A stretch of 64,000 bases of DNA from an uncultured delta proteobacterium (GTDB lineage Bacteria; Desulfobacterota; Binatia; UBA9968): assembly GCA_963745035.1 (NCBI GenBank), contig CAVUVW010000013.1, forward strand, positions 1,376,001 through 1,440,000, in the 5' to 3' direction. Below, piece by piece: positions 50,902 through 62,055 of the stretch. Made by a program: the position numbers and the translations under genes. The notes under the pieces are model-generated. The model ran no database searches. It saw only the letters and a list, made by a program, of their open reading frames with translations, and was not told the DNA's origin. Every line of letters begins with the position of its first letter. Position 1 is the first letter of the stretch.

Positions 50902-51970
50902 ATGGCTGCAAAAACCAATTATAGTTTCGCAGCGCAATTTTTAGCGCTTGCGCTGCTGGTGATTTTCTCCTTGCCTCGGGCCAGCCTCGGCACAAACGCC
51001 ATTTTTCCAGGGTAAGACCGTCACCATCGTTCAGGGCCGCGATCCCGGCGGCACCGGCGATATGCGGGTCAGAGCCATGCTGCCCTTTTTGCAAAAATAT
51101 ATTCCCGGGAATCCGTCGATCGTCAACGAGTACGTGCCCGGCGGAGGAAGCCGCAAAGCGGCAAATCACGTATTCAAATCGGTCCGACCCGACGGGTTGA
51201 CGATCGGAAATCTGGGCTTGGGCATGGTTTCTTCCGCGCTGCTTGGAGAAACCGGCGTGCTGTACGATGTCGATAAATTCATCTATCTTGGTTCTCCATT
51301 CAGCAGCCATCATGCGGTGTTCGTCACCCGCAAGGAGGCCGGGCTGAGCACCATTGAGAAACTTCGAGCGGCCGAAGGCATCAGAATCGGCGGCCAATCC
51401 GTGGGCTTTTCTACTTACATCGAAGGGCGCTTGTTCGCCTACATCATCGGACTCAAAGATCCCAGGTTTGTTACCGGTTACGGCGGCGCCGAGTTGGATC
51501 CCGTGCTGATGCGCGGTGAGATCGACGCGCGCGCGACCAGCGCCGATACCGTCTTGCAGCGCAATCCTGATTGGATCCCAAAAGGCTTGGTGGATTTTCA
51601 CGCGATGATCGAAGTCCCCAAAGGGGAAAAACATGCCGCTTTTCCCAACGTGCCGGAGCTCGAGACCTTCGCCAAATCCGAAAAGGACCGCAAGTTGATG
51701 ACCTTACAGCGCGCCTTCAGAGTGGCCGGCCAACCTTTTGTCCTGCCTCCCGGCACTCCCAAAGACCGCGTCGAAATGATTCAGGAAGCATTCCGCAAAA
51801 CATATAGGGATCCGGAATTCCGCAAGGAGTACAAAAAGTTCACCGCCGATGACCCGACGCCCCTCATGCCTGAAGAACACGAGCGGGTGATTAGAGAAAT
51901 ACCCCGCGATCCGGAGGTTGTCGGCATTTTCAAGAAGCTGCAGGGCGGCGATCCCCTGCCGCCACGGTAG
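50902..51970 (+). CDS. Bug/TctC substrate-binding protein 6 (frameshift in signal peptide)
   Basis: AGGAAGGAG RBS and ATG 50902; QTPFFQGKTV..PGGTGD..YIPGNP..RPDGLT..RGEID..PPGTP. Confidence 0.87.
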
Positions 51971-52019
51971 CGGTATGGGATTCTTGTCTCACGCGCGTCT
52001 AAAGGGTAGAGTTTAAGGA

Positions 52020-52400
52020 GTGAAAAGACTGCAATATTTTCGATTTATTGTCTCTTGCGCGCTATCTCTTGGGTTACTGCTGCCGTTTGTTGCCGTCGGC
52101 CAGACCACGCCGGGCCCCGAAAAGCAAAAGATCGAGGCGCTCATCACGCAAGTGGGTGAACTCAAGGATGCCAGGTTTATCCGCAACGGCAAGGAATACG
52201 ACGTTGCCGCCGCCGTGCGCTTCTTGCGCGGCAAATGGAAAGCCAACGATAAGGAAGTTAAAACCGCGAGGGATTTCGTCGACAAAGTCGCCAGCGCTTC
52301 AGGCACATCGGGGAAACCCTATCACATCCGTTTCAAGGACGGCCGCGAGATCACCAGCGGCGATTTCCTATTTGCCGAGTTGAAAAAACTCGAGTCCTAA
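52020..52400 (+). CDS. Secreted DUF5329/YfeK-like protein
   Basis: Signal peptide; FIRNGKEY...FLRGKW..TARDF.D.VAS.S..SGKPY pattern recalled for this family. Confidence 0.75.
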   Translation: MKRLQYFRFIVSCALSLGLLLPFVAVGQTTPGPEKQKIEALITQVGELKDARFIRNGKEYDVAAAVRFLRGKWKANDKEVKTARDFVDKVASASGTSGKPYHIRFKDGREITSGDFLFAELKKLES

Positions 52401-52579
52401 AGCACGCATACGTTCCTCCGGTCCACGCAAGAGTGCCGCGCGTGGCGCCTGTCGCCCCCGAAAAATTCACTCGTTCGTCTTTTCCCGTCGTTGTAAAATC
52501 GCTGGCAAGCCGCCGCACCGAAGGTTCATAGGTGCCGGCTGCGCCTGGATTTTGACGCGTAGGAGGTAGTGAAACTCAA

Positions 52580-52921
52580 ATGCCGATCGTTTTGTCCACA
52601 ACGCTATTGCTTGCCGCCTCGAACGTCTTCATGACGTTTGCTTGGTACGCTCACTTGCGCAACATGAGCGACCGGCCTTGGTATATCGCCGCCCTGTTGA
52701 GCTGGGGAATCGCGTGCTTCGAATATCTGCTTCAAGTCCCCGCCAATCGGCTCGGCCACACGCAGCTGAGCGTCGCGCAGCTCAAAATCATGCAGGAGGT
52801 GATTACGCTTTCGGTATTCGCCCCGTTCGCGGTGATGTATATGAAGGAGCCGTTGAAACTCGATTTTCTGTGGGCGGGCTTGTGCTTGCTCGGCGCGGTC
52901 TACTTCATGTTTCGCTCGTAG
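52580..52921 (+). CDS. DMT-superfamily small membrane protein (DUF486-like)
   Basis: SNVFMTFAWYAHL, SWGIA.FEY.LQVPANR.G, QLKIMQEVITL. Confidence 0.9.
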   Translation: MPIVLSTTLLLAASNVFMTFAWYAHLRNMSDRPWYIAALLSWGIACFEYLLQVPANRLGHTQLSVAQLKIMQEVITLSVFAPFAVMYMKEPLKLDFLWAGLCLLGAVYFMFRS

Positions 52922-52958
52922 GGCGAGTTGAGGCCGTTCAACCAACAATTTGGGCCCG

Positions 52959-53900
52959 TTAATGCGCCTGGCTTTCTAAGAACTTTTCCGCATCGATCGC
53001 CGCCATGCATCCAGTGCCCGCTGCCGTGACCGCCTGGCGGTAGACGTAATCCTGCACATCGCCGCAGGCAAAAACCCCGGGCACGTTGGTCTTCGTGCCG
53101 TCATGGGTGATGATATAGCCGTTAGGGTTGAGATCCAATTGGCCCGTGAAAAGTTTGGAATTGGGCTCATGGCCGATGGCGATGAACACGCCGTCGATTT
53201 TGAAATCTTCGCTCTTGCCGGTTTTTAGATTCTTGAGTTTGACTCCTTTGACGCCGCCGGCCTTGGGATCGCCGTAGACTTCGTCCACCGTGCTGTCCCA
53301 AACAAACGATATTTTTGAGTTCTTTTCGGCGCGCTCCTGCATGATCTTGGAGGCGCGGAGCCTATCTCGTCGGTGAACGACATAGACTTTGGTTGCGAAC
53401 TTGGTGAGAAACGTCGCCTCTTCCATCGCCGTGTCGCCGCCTCCTACAACGATCAATTCCTTGTCTTTGAAGAAAAACCCGTCGCAGGTGGCGCACGCCG
53501 ATACCCCGTAGCCCATCAACTTCTTTTCCGATTCGAGCCCCAGGAGCTTGGCCGTCGCGCCGGTGGCAACGACGAGCGCATCGCAAGTGTACGCCTCCTT
53601 GCTTACCGTCAATGTGAACGGCCTTGTCTTAAGATCTACTGCAGTGACTTCACCGAAAATGATTTCCGTGCCGAAACGCACCGCCTGCTTTTTGAACTCT
53701 TCCATCAATTCCGGGCCCATGATTCCCTTGGGGAAGCCCGGATAGTTCTCGACGTCCGTGGTGATGGTTAATTGGCCGCCGGGCTGCGCGCCCTCAATAA
53801 CAAGCGGCGCCAGATTGGCGCGAGCAGCATAAATCGCCGCAGTCAATCCTGCGGCGCCCGAGCCGAGAATAATCACGCGATAGTGGCTTTTTTTATCCAT
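52959..53900 (-). CDS. trxB: Thioredoxin reductase
   Basis: GSGAAG.TAAIY, GGQL.ITT.VENYPGF, CATCDG, GGGDTAMEEA, GD..D..YRQA. Confidence 0.97.
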   Translation of the reverse strand: MDKKSHYRVIILGSGAAGLTAAIYAARANLAPLVIEGAQPGGQLTITTDVENYPGFPKGIMGPELMEEFKKQAVRFGTEIIFGEVTAVDLKTRPFTLTVSKEAYTCDALVVATGATAKLLGLESEKKLMGYGVSACATCDGFFFKDKELIVVGGGDTAMEEATFLTKFATKVYVVHRRDRLRASKIMQERAEKNSKISFVWDSTVDEVYGDPKAGGVKGVKLKNLKTGKSEDFKIDGVFIAIGHEPNSKLFTGQLDLNPNGYIITHDGTKTNVPGVFACGDVQDYVYRQAVTAAGTGCMAAIDAEKFLESQAH

Positions 53901-54006
53901 GAGGTTTCTGTAACATAAATTCGCAATGGCAAAAAGCAAGGTGGTTCTTGCTTGCAAGCGCTACGTGGCTTCCGCATCGAAGTTGGTTTTTGAAAGCAGG
54001 TTACTC

Positions 54007-54486
54007 ATGGAAAAGCTCAGCCATTTGGATGAACAAGGACGCGCCCGTATGGTCGATGTCAGCGAAAAAGAAGTCACCAGCAGGACCGCGGTGGCGCGGG
54101 GAGCGATTCACATGCGCCCCGAAACCTTGGCGCTGATCTTGGAAAGCAAAATCGAGAAAGGCGACGTCTTTTCGGTCGCGCGCGTGGCCGGCATCATGGC
54201 CGCAAAAAAGACTTCGGAGCTGATTCCCATGTGCCATCCGCTCAATATCACCTCTGTGGAAATCGAGCTCACACCGCAGGAAACTCCAGCGCGAGTCGAC
54301 ATCGAAGCGCTCGTCCGTGTGAGCGGCAAGACCGGCGTGGAAATGGAAGCTTTGACGGCAGTCTCCGCGACGGGCCTGACGATCTACGACATGTGCAAGG
54401 CCGTCGATCGCGAAATGACCATCGGCGAAATCCGGCTAGTCAAAAAAAGCGGCGGCAAGAGCGGCACGTTTATCAGGAAAGAATAG
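54007..54486 (+). CDS. moaC: Cyclic pyranopterin monophosphate synthase MoaC
   Basis: [46 protein letters not shown]. Confidence 0.97.
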   Translation: MEKLSHLDEQGRARMVDVSEKEVTSRTAVARGAIHMRPETLALILESKIEKGDVFSVARVAGIMAAKKTSELIPMCHPLNITSVEIELTPQETPARVDIEALVRVSGKTGVEMEALTAVSATGLTIYDMCKAVDREMTIGEIRLVKKSGGKSGTFIRKE

Positions 54487-54560
54487 GCGTGAGCGAAGGG
54501 CGCGAGGCGCGAGTTCGATCTACGCCTATTTACCTCTCGCCCGGCGCTTCATCGGGCACC

Positions 54561-55737
54561 GTGCAAAAAATCTACCTCAAGCAAGGCCGGGAGCGTCCCG
54601 TGCTCAACGGCCATCCCTGGATATTTTCCGGAGCGGTTGAAAGAATCGAAGGCGACGTGGAATCGGTCGGCATCGCCGACGTCTTCGATAGCAAAAAGAA
54701 CTGGCTTGCCCGCGGTTTTTACAATCCCAAATCACAGATTCGCGTTCGGCTGCTCACCTGGCAGAAAGAAGACATCGACGGCGACTTCTTCGCGGGCCGG
54801 ATCCGCCATGCGCTCGCGATGAGGCAGGTCAATCTATCCGCCTCGACGAACGCCTACCGCATTGTCAACGGCGAAGGTGATTTCCTGCCGGGATTGATCG
54901 TCGATCGCTACGGGGATTTTCTGGTTTGCCAGTTTTTTACGGCAGGCATGGCCCGGTTCAAAGACGACATCGTCGAATCTCTCGGCGTATTGTTTCCGAC
55001 GGCGGGCATTTTTGAGCGCAGCGAAGGGCGCGTCGGCGGTGAAGAGGGACTGGATGCGGCGGTTGGAGCTTTTGAGCGGCGAAGCGCCGCCCGAAGCCAT
55101 CCAGATTGAAGAAAACAGCTATAAATTTCTCGTCGATATCCGGCGCGGGCAGAAAACCGGCTTCTTTCTCGACCAACGAGATAGTCGCGCTTTCTTATCG
55201 ACCTTGGCACGGGCACGAACCGTCTTGAACTGTTTTTCGTTTACCGGCGCCTTCTCGGTTTACGCTTTCGGCGGCGGCGCAAAAGAAGTTGTGACTTTGG
55301 ATTCGTCGATGGCTGCATTGCAGCTCGCCGAAAAAAATCTGGAGTTAAACGGCTTCGCTGAAGCGCCGGGAGAGCTTCTGAAGGGCGATGCTTTCGCCTA
55401 TTTGAAGGAGATCGACCGAAAATTCGACGTGATCGTCCTGGACCCGCCCTCCCTCGCGCACAAGCGCAGCGACATAGACGCGGCCACCGGCGGATATAAG
55501 TTTCTCAACCTGCACGCCCTCAGGCACCTAAACCCCGGCGGTTCGCTCCTCACGTTCTCCTGCTCTCAACATCTTTCCATCGATTTGTTCCAAAAAGTCA
55601 TCTTCGGCGCCGCCGTCGACGCAGGGCGCAAGATCACCGTCTTCAGACGACTGAGCCAGCCTCTGGATCACCCATTCAGCCTGCATCACCCCGAGGGCGA
55701 GTACCTGAAGGGACTTGCGCTCACTGCATTGGACTAA
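54561..55737 (+). CDS. rlmI: 23S rRNA m5C1962 methyltransferase RlmI-like (frameshift near 55070)
   Basis: PUA GHPWIFSG, GEGD.LPGLIVDRY; then GQKTGFFLDQR, VLNCFSFTG, LDPP, TFSCS, PEGEYLKG. Confidence 0.88.
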
Positions 55738-55792
55738 GCCGGGCACGTTGTGGTAGACGGGTTTGCCGCGGCTGGCGAAGCCGACGAGACGC

Positions 55793-56485
55793 ATGGCATC
55801 TTATCAAACGATCAAGGACTGGCCTGAGGAAGACCGGCCGCGGGAAAAGCTGCTCGCCAAGGGCGCGCAGGCGCTTAGCGAAGCCGAGTTGCTCGCTATC
55901 ATTTTGAGAAACGGCAACGCCAGCACCGGTGAAAGCGCGCTCGATCACGCCCGCGGACTGCTGAACGATTTCGGCGGTCTCAAGGGCATCGAGGATGCAG
56001 CGGCCGGCGAGCTGGCCAAGGTCAAAGGCATCGGTCCGGCAAAGGTGGCGCAAATCAAAGCCTGTCTGGAGATCGCCCGGCGGGTTGGCAGCCAAAAGTG
56101 GGAAACCGGCCAGCCGCTCCGTTCCTCGGAGGACGTTTTTCATCATTTCCGGGAAAATCTCGGCAGAGAAATGCGCGAGCTTTTCTATGTGGTGCTGCTC
56201 AACAACAAAAACCGGAAAATTCGCGAGGTTAAAATCTCCGAAGGCTCGCTCACGGCCTCCCTCGTCCACCCGCGCGAAGTTTTTAACCCGGTTATCCGCG
56301 AATCTGCCGCCGCCGTGATTTTCGTACACAATCACCCAAGCGGCGATCCCGCACCGAGCCCGGAAGATGTGGACATCACCCGCCGGCTCAAGGAAGTCGG
56401 CGACGTCATGGGCGTGCGCGTCCTCGATCACGTGGTGATCGGCCATGACCGCTTCTTTAGCTTCAACGATAAGGGAATGCTCTAG
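55793..56485 (+). CDS. radC: RadC/JAB-domain protein
   Basis: RPREKL...LSEAELLAIILR, HhH GIGPAK, VHPREVF, HNHPSGDP.PS.ED, LDHVVIG. Confidence 0.95.
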   Translation: MASYQTIKDWPEEDRPREKLLAKGAQALSEAELLAIILRNGNASTGESALDHARGLLNDFGGLKGIEDAAAGELAKVKGIGPAKVAQIKACLEIARRVGSQKWETGQPLRSSEDVFHHFRENLGREMRELFYVVLLNNKNRKIREVKISEGSLTASLVHPREVFNPVIRESAAAVIFVHNHPSGDPAPSPEDVDITRRLKEVGDVMGVRVLDHVVIGHDRFFSFNDKGML

Positions 56486-56639
56486 GCCGCGTGCCCGACG
56501 CCATGCCGACTGGGCGTCCCGGTCGTTTGCCGTAGTCAAAACTTACCTCCCAACGGAAATTTATTGACATCGCCGCAAGCGCCGTTTATTCTCGCACAAG
56601 AATTATTCCGCGACCGCATCTTCTCGCATTGTCTCAAGC

Positions 56640-58072
56640 ATGAGCGCGCTCGAATTCGGCAAGCCCAAAAGACGGTTTGTGCCCGCCGGCGGCATCCTGC
56701 TCGCCCTGCTCGTAGTGCTTTTGATCGGCGGTGGCTACTGGCTGCTGCCGCGATTCGAATGGCACAAGCCGCAGCTCAAGATCACCCCTGATAGCGACAC
56801 TCTCGGTCTTGGCGCTCTTACCATCGAAGCAAGCGACCGTGGAACCGGCTTGAAGACGTTCAGCGCGACCCTCAATTCCGCCGGCGCGGATTTCCCGTTG
56901 GTTTCAGAGCAATACACCGAGCCGGTGATGCAGAAAAACTTCACCGTAACGCTTTCCTCCAAGCTCACGGGACTCAAGGAAGGTCCGGCGGTGCTCCGCG
57001 TGAGCGCGCGGGACCGCTCGCTCTGGAGTTTTTTTCGCGGCAATGAGACTTCAGTTCAGAAAAACGTCACCATCGACATCACCCCGCCTACTCTCGAGCT
57101 CATCGCCGACGATCGCTACGTGAACTTCGGCGGCGTCGGCGCCATCGTCTACAAGCCGTCGGCCGACACCGTAAGCACCGGGGTCAAGATCGGCAATTAC
57201 TTTTTTCCGGGGTACAAAGGACAGATCAAGGATCGTCCGGATTACTTTCTTGCTTTCTTCGCGCATCCCTATAACGTCGCCGAAGACCAACGCGCGATGA
57301 TCGTCGCATCCGACAAGGCCGGCAACACGCGAGAGAACTGAGACTCGTCTATGAGCTCAAGAACGTAAAATACAAGAAGAGCACGATCCCGATCTCGGAT
57401 GAGTTCATCGCCGCGAAAGTTGCGCCGCTGTTAAACGACGTGGGCGCGCGCCAGGCAAGCCCGAAAGACGTTTTTATCAAAGTGAATCGTGATCTCAGGA
57501 AAGAGAATGACGCTAAAATCAGAGCGATCACGATGAAGCAAACGCCCTCAATGCACTGGCAAGGCGCCTTCAGCCAGCTCAGCAACTCCAAAGTCGAAGC
57601 CAATTTCGCCGACGCTCGGACCTACATGTACAAGGACGCGGTGATCGATAACGCCTATCACCTAGGCTACGACCTTTCCGTAACCAAGCACTATGCCGCG
57701 GAGGCCGCCCATCACGGCGTCGTTGCCTTTGTCGGCGATCTCGGGATTTACGGCAACACCGTGGTCATCGATCATGGCCTGGGGCTTTTTACGTTGTACT
57801 CCCATCTGAGTTCCATCGACGTGAAGGCCGGCGATCAGGTGAAACAGCGACAGCCCCTAGGTAAGACAGGGGAAACCGGCCTGGCGGCTGGAGACCATCT
57901 CCACTTTGGCGTGTATCTACACGGCGTTCCTATCTTGCCCGTCGAGTGGTGGGACGAAAAATGGATCCGCGATAACGTCCAGCCCAAGCTCGAAGGCCAG
58001 TCCAGCGAGGCGGCAGCCGAGGCCAAGGATTCCAAGTCCGTGAGCAGGGCCGTCCGAAAGAAAAAACGCTAG
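56640..58072 (+). CDS. Membrane-anchored M23 metallopeptidase (frameshift near 57335)
   Basis: N-terminal TM; C-terminal HLGYD, YGNTVVIDHG..YSHL, GDHLHF motifs. Confidence 0.9.
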
Positions 58073-58137
58073 GCAGCCGCAGCACTCGCGCTAAATCATC
58101 GATCCCACCTAAACCTGCGCGTTCTGAACGTCTTCCG

Positions 58138-59547
58138 ATGACTTCCTCCACGCGCTCAGGCCAAACCATTACCGTTGAGTTGTCCGAATTCATCGCGCGC
58201 ACCTCGATCAAGAGCATACCGCGTGAGGTAAGAGATGAAGCCAAGCTTCATCTCCTCGACGGCTTGGCAAACATGCTCGGCGGCGCCAAGGAGGAGTCGA
58301 GTCGGATTCTCCGCCGCCATTACTCCACACCGCTTAAGAACGCCGGCGCGAGCGTGCTCGGCTCGGGGAAAAAATTTTCCGCCGAACATGCGGCGCTGAT
58401 AAACGGCCTTCAAGGCCACGTGCTCGACTACGATGACGCGCAGCTAACGACGTTGGCTTCACGGCCGATGGGGCAGCAGGTCCACCCGACGGCTCCCGTG
58501 CTTGCCGCAGCTCTTGCGCTGGCAGAAGACCGGCAGCTATCGGGCGCGAAGCTCCTCGCCTCCTATATCGTCGGCATCGAGGTCGCCTCCCGTCTGGGGG
58601 ACGCCGTGGATCCAAGCCATTATCTGGACGGCTTACACCCCACGGGCACGCTCGGTGTTTTCGGCGCCGCCGGGGCTTGCGCCCATCTGCTGAGACTTAA
58701 CCCGACATCGACGCGCCAAGCGCTCGGCATCGCGGGCACCTTCGCGTCGGGGCTCCGCGCTCATCGGGGCACCATGGCCAAGGGACTCAACGCCGGGCAT
58801 GCCGCCCGGAATGGCGTGCTCGCCGCGACCTTGGCTGCCGGGGGGTTCACTGCATCACAAAACGTCTTCGAAGATCCCATGGGATTTTTTCCTGCCATGT
58901 GCCGCAGCGGGGTCGACTTGGACCTCTTGCGCTTCGGCGATCCATTCTTTTTGGCCAAACCCGGCGTGGCGCTGAAGCTCTATCCCTGCGCGGGCGTGCT
59001 CCATCCGGCGTTGGACCTGACTCTCAATTTGCGCCGGCGGCACGGCATCGCGGCAAGTGCTGTTGAGCGAATTCGGGTGACTCTCGATGAAAAAGCCGCG
59101 CTGCCGCTGGTCTACGACGCTCCCAAGAATGCGCTCCAAGCAAAATTCAGCCTGAAGTTCGCCGTCGCGGCCGCGGTCGTCGACGGTGCAGCCGGACTGA
59201 AGCAATTTTCGGATGAACGCGTGCGTGATCCCAAAATTTCTCATTTGATGAACCGGATCGAGTTCATTCGAAGACCGGCCGCGAAGCAGAAGCCCGCAAT
59301 CGGCATCGACACCGAGATCGAGATAGCCCTCAAGATAGGTGCCAAGCATCGCGCCCGCGCTTCGGTCGCGCGCGGCCATCCCCAGCAGCCCGCCTCCCGC
59401 GCCGACATCGAAGAAAAATTTCGCCAGTGCGCCGGCGGCGTCTTGCCACAGAAAAAAGTCGGCAAGTTCCTAGAGAATTTTTCCACCCTGGAGCGTGCTC
59501 CCTCGCTCAGGGCGTGGCTCGGCCCACTGCGGCTCTCGCGGCGTTGA
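58138..59547 (+). CDS. MmgE/PrpD family protein
   Basis: NG..GHVLDYDD, HP..PV.AAAL, G.HPTGT.G, K.YPC...HP, GHP..P....EEKF. Confidence 0.93.
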   Translation: MTSSTRSGQTITVELSEFIARTSIKSIPREVRDEAKLHLLDGLANMLGGAKEESSRILRRHYSTPLKNAGASVLGSGKKFSAEHAALINGLQGHVLDYDDAQLTTLASRPMGQQVHPTAPVLAAALALAEDRQLSGAKLLASYIVGIEVASRLGDAVDPSHYLDGLHPTGTLGVFGAAGACAHLLRLNPTSTRQALGIAGTFASGLRAHRGTMAKGLNAGHAARNGVLAATLAAGGFTASQNVFEDPMGFFPAMCRSGVDLDLLRFGDPFFLAKPGVALKLYPCAGVLHPALDLTLNLRRRHGIAASAVERIRVTLDEKAALPLVYDAPKNALQAKFSLKFAVAAAVVDGAAGLKQFSDERVRDPKISHLMNRIEFIRRPAAKQKPAIGIDTEIEIALKIGAKHRARASVARGHPQQPASRADIEEKFRQCAGGVLPQKKVGKFLENFSTLERAPSLRAWLGPLRLSRR

Positions 59548-59604
59548 CTTTCGAACGGCCGGGCGGGATAGATGGCGTAACGCACATTTTGGAGGAACCC
59601 GATT

Positions 59605-60307
59605 ATGCGCATCGTCGATCTCAGCATGACCGTGGAGGAATGCGATTCGGCCCCATTCGCTCCCGAGGAAAAGTATTTCAAGCTGAAGCCGATCATCAGA
59701 TGGGAAGAGAAGGGTTTCGTGTCCAATATAGTCGAGATGACGGTCCACGCCGGCACTCATATCGATTCGCCGCATCATTTTTTTCGCGACAAACCATCCA
59801 TTGAGCAGCTGCCGCTCGAACCCATGATGGCGAAGGCGATCGTCTTAGACCTGACCAGCAAGGGAAAGGCCCACGCGCGCATTACACCAGAAGACCTGAT
59901 CGAAGCCGAAACCAAACTCAAGCAACAAGGCATCGAGATCCCGGAAGGCGCTATGCTTCTCCTCCGAACCGACTGGCCCAAGGGACACGACACGACCGAT
60001 CCCAAATGGTGGAATGATTCGCCATGTCTCACCAAGGAAGCGGCGGAATGGGTCGTCGCCAAAAAGCCGTCCGTGGTCGGCTATCGACTTCGCCCAAGAA
60101 GAGAAGGGCTCGGATTATCAAAAAGCCGACGAGATTCTCGGGAGCGCAATGCGCGTGCATCGGACCATTTTGCCGAGAGTCACCTTTCAGATCGAAAACC
60201 TAATCAATCTCGACCAGATCGGTTCCACGGCTCAGGTCCTTGCATTGCCGGCCAAGTGGAAGACCGAGTCTGCGCCGGCGCGCGTGATCGCGATCCTCGA
60301 CAACTGA
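59605..60307 (+). CDS. Cyclase family (kynurenine formamidase-like) metallohydrolase (frameshift near 60085)
   Basis: HAGTHIDSPHH motif, LLLRT; C-terminal IENL.NL..ALP...APARVIA in ORF 60014..60307. Confidence 0.87.
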
Positions 60308-60318
60308 TCCGAGCCGAC

Positions 60319-61312
60319 ATGAAAGCGGTTCGCGTTCATGAAGCTCGGCGGGCCGGAAGTGCTCCGCTATGAGGAAGTTTCCGACCCGAAGCCGGCGGCG
60401 GGCGAAGCTTTGGTCAAGATCGAAGCGGCCGGCGTCAACTTTCTCGATATCTATTATCGCTCGGGCTTTCATTGGGGCGGTCATCACCGCCGTCCACTGC
60501 CGTACATTCCCGGCGCCGAAGCGGCGGGAACCGTTGTCGCATTAGGCGACGGCGTGAATGGCGTCAAAGTCAGCGACCGCGTCGCCTACGGCATATCCAA
60601 CGGCTCCGGCTCCTACGCCGAGCTCTACAACGTGCCAAGTTGGCACTTGTTCCGGTTGCCGCAGTCCGTTGACTTCCCAACTGCCGCCGCCGTGATGCTT
60701 CAAGGCATGACCGCGCACTATCTGACCCACAGCACCTACGCGGTGAAACCGAACGACGCCGTGCTCGTCCACGCCGCCGCCGGCGGCACAGGCTTGCTAC
60801 TAGTTCAGATCGCAAAGATGCTCGGCGCGCGAGTCATCGGCACCGTCGTCGACCGATGAGAAAGCGGAGCTTGCCCTTAAAGCGGGAGCGGATGCGACGA
60901 TCAATTATACGCAGCAAGATTTCGCCGCTGAAGTAAGAAAGCTCACCGGCGGCAAGGGCGTTAACGTCGTTTACGATTCGGTGGGAAAAGACACGTACGA
61001 AAAAAGTCTCGATTCACTGAGGCCGCTCGGAATGCTTGTCATTTTCGGCCAGGCGAGCGGCCCTGTGCCGCCGTTCGACACCGCCGTACTCAACGCCAAA
61101 GGATCGCTATCGCTTGGCCCGACCAAGCCTCACCCACAATGTCGCGAGCCATGCCGATGTCGCCTGGCGCGCCGGTGATTTGTTCCGCTGGATCGAAGCA
61201 GGAAAGCTCCATGTGAGAATCGGCTAAGACTTTTTCCTTGTCCGAGGCCGCCGAAGCGCATCGCGAGATGGAATCGCGCCGGTCCACCGGCAAGCTCATC
61301 CTGCGGCCATAA
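60319..61312 (+). CDS. NADPH:quinone oxidoreductase (zeta-crystallin/Qor type); several frameshifts
   Basis: [62 protein letters not shown] pieces across frames. Confidence 0.87.
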
Positions 61313-61317
61313 AACAA

Positions 61318-62037
61318 ATGTACGGTTGGCGCGCAAAGATCGGCCGCATCTCCCCTTCCCCAGAGACCGTCGGCTGCGAGGAATGGCGCCGCGCCATGCC
61401 CGACGGCGTCTGCCTGGTCGAGACACGGACCCTCTTGCACGATGTCACCGTCGAAGGACTGGCCGAAACCGTGAAGCAGGTGGAGCGCGCCGCTCTGGAG
61501 CTCGCTTCGGCCGAAGTCGATGTCATTCTTCAGGCCGGCACCGCCATCGCGTTTTTCCGCGGCTTCGGCCATGACCAGGAGCTAAGCCGCCGCATCACGG
61601 CAGCGACCGGCATCAAGGCCACCACATCGCTCACCGCCGTCGTCGAAGCGCTGCGCGTCCTCGGCATCAAACGACCGGCAATCGCGACCTCGTATCTCGC
61701 CGATATCGATGCGCGGCTCGCCGATGTGCTACGGCAGTCCGATTTTACAGTCGCCGCGATTCGTGGCATGGGACTTAAACGCAGCATCGATATGGGCAAA
61801 GTCATGCCCGATGAAACTTACCGGCTCGCGCGTGAGGTCGCGATCTCCGTGCCGGATGCCGATGGGATTTTCATCTCTTGTGGCAATCTCCGGAGCTTCG
61901 AAGCGATCGAGCGGCTGGAAGAAGATACTAATTTGCCGGTCGTGACCAGCAATCAGGCGGGTTTGTGGCTGGCGCTGAGGATGGCCGGCATCGAAGATAA
62001 ATTACCCAGCCTGGGACGGCTCTTGCGCGACTATTGA
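61318..62037 (+). CDS. Asp/Glu racemase-maleate isomerase-arylmalonate decarboxylase family protein
   Basis: IG.ISPS, DVI..AGT, ADGIFISCGNL, PVVTSNQA. Confidence 0.88.
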   Translation: MYGWRAKIGRISPSPETVGCEEWRRAMPDGVCLVETRTLLHDVTVEGLAETVKQVERAALELASAEVDVILQAGTAIAFFRGFGHDQELSRRITAATGIKATTSLTAVVEALRVLGIKRPAIATSYLADIDARLADVLRQSDFTVAAIRGMGLKRSIDMGKVMPDETYRLAREVAISVPDADGIFISCGNLRSFEAIERLEEDTNLPVVTSNQAGLWLALRMAGIEDKLPSLGRLLRDY

Positions 62038-62055
62038 GCGGGAAGCTTGCTCCAG

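Noticed and set aside
52420-52575. Possible guanidine/fluoride riboswitch before the DMT gene
   Set aside because: Some pairing potential, but no recognisable ACGA/ACGG loops or fluoride consensus; an Rfam scan would be needed.
55793-56485. radC as a marker of a mobile element
   Set aside because: Full-length chromosomal type with HhH domain among housekeeping genes; no mobility genes.
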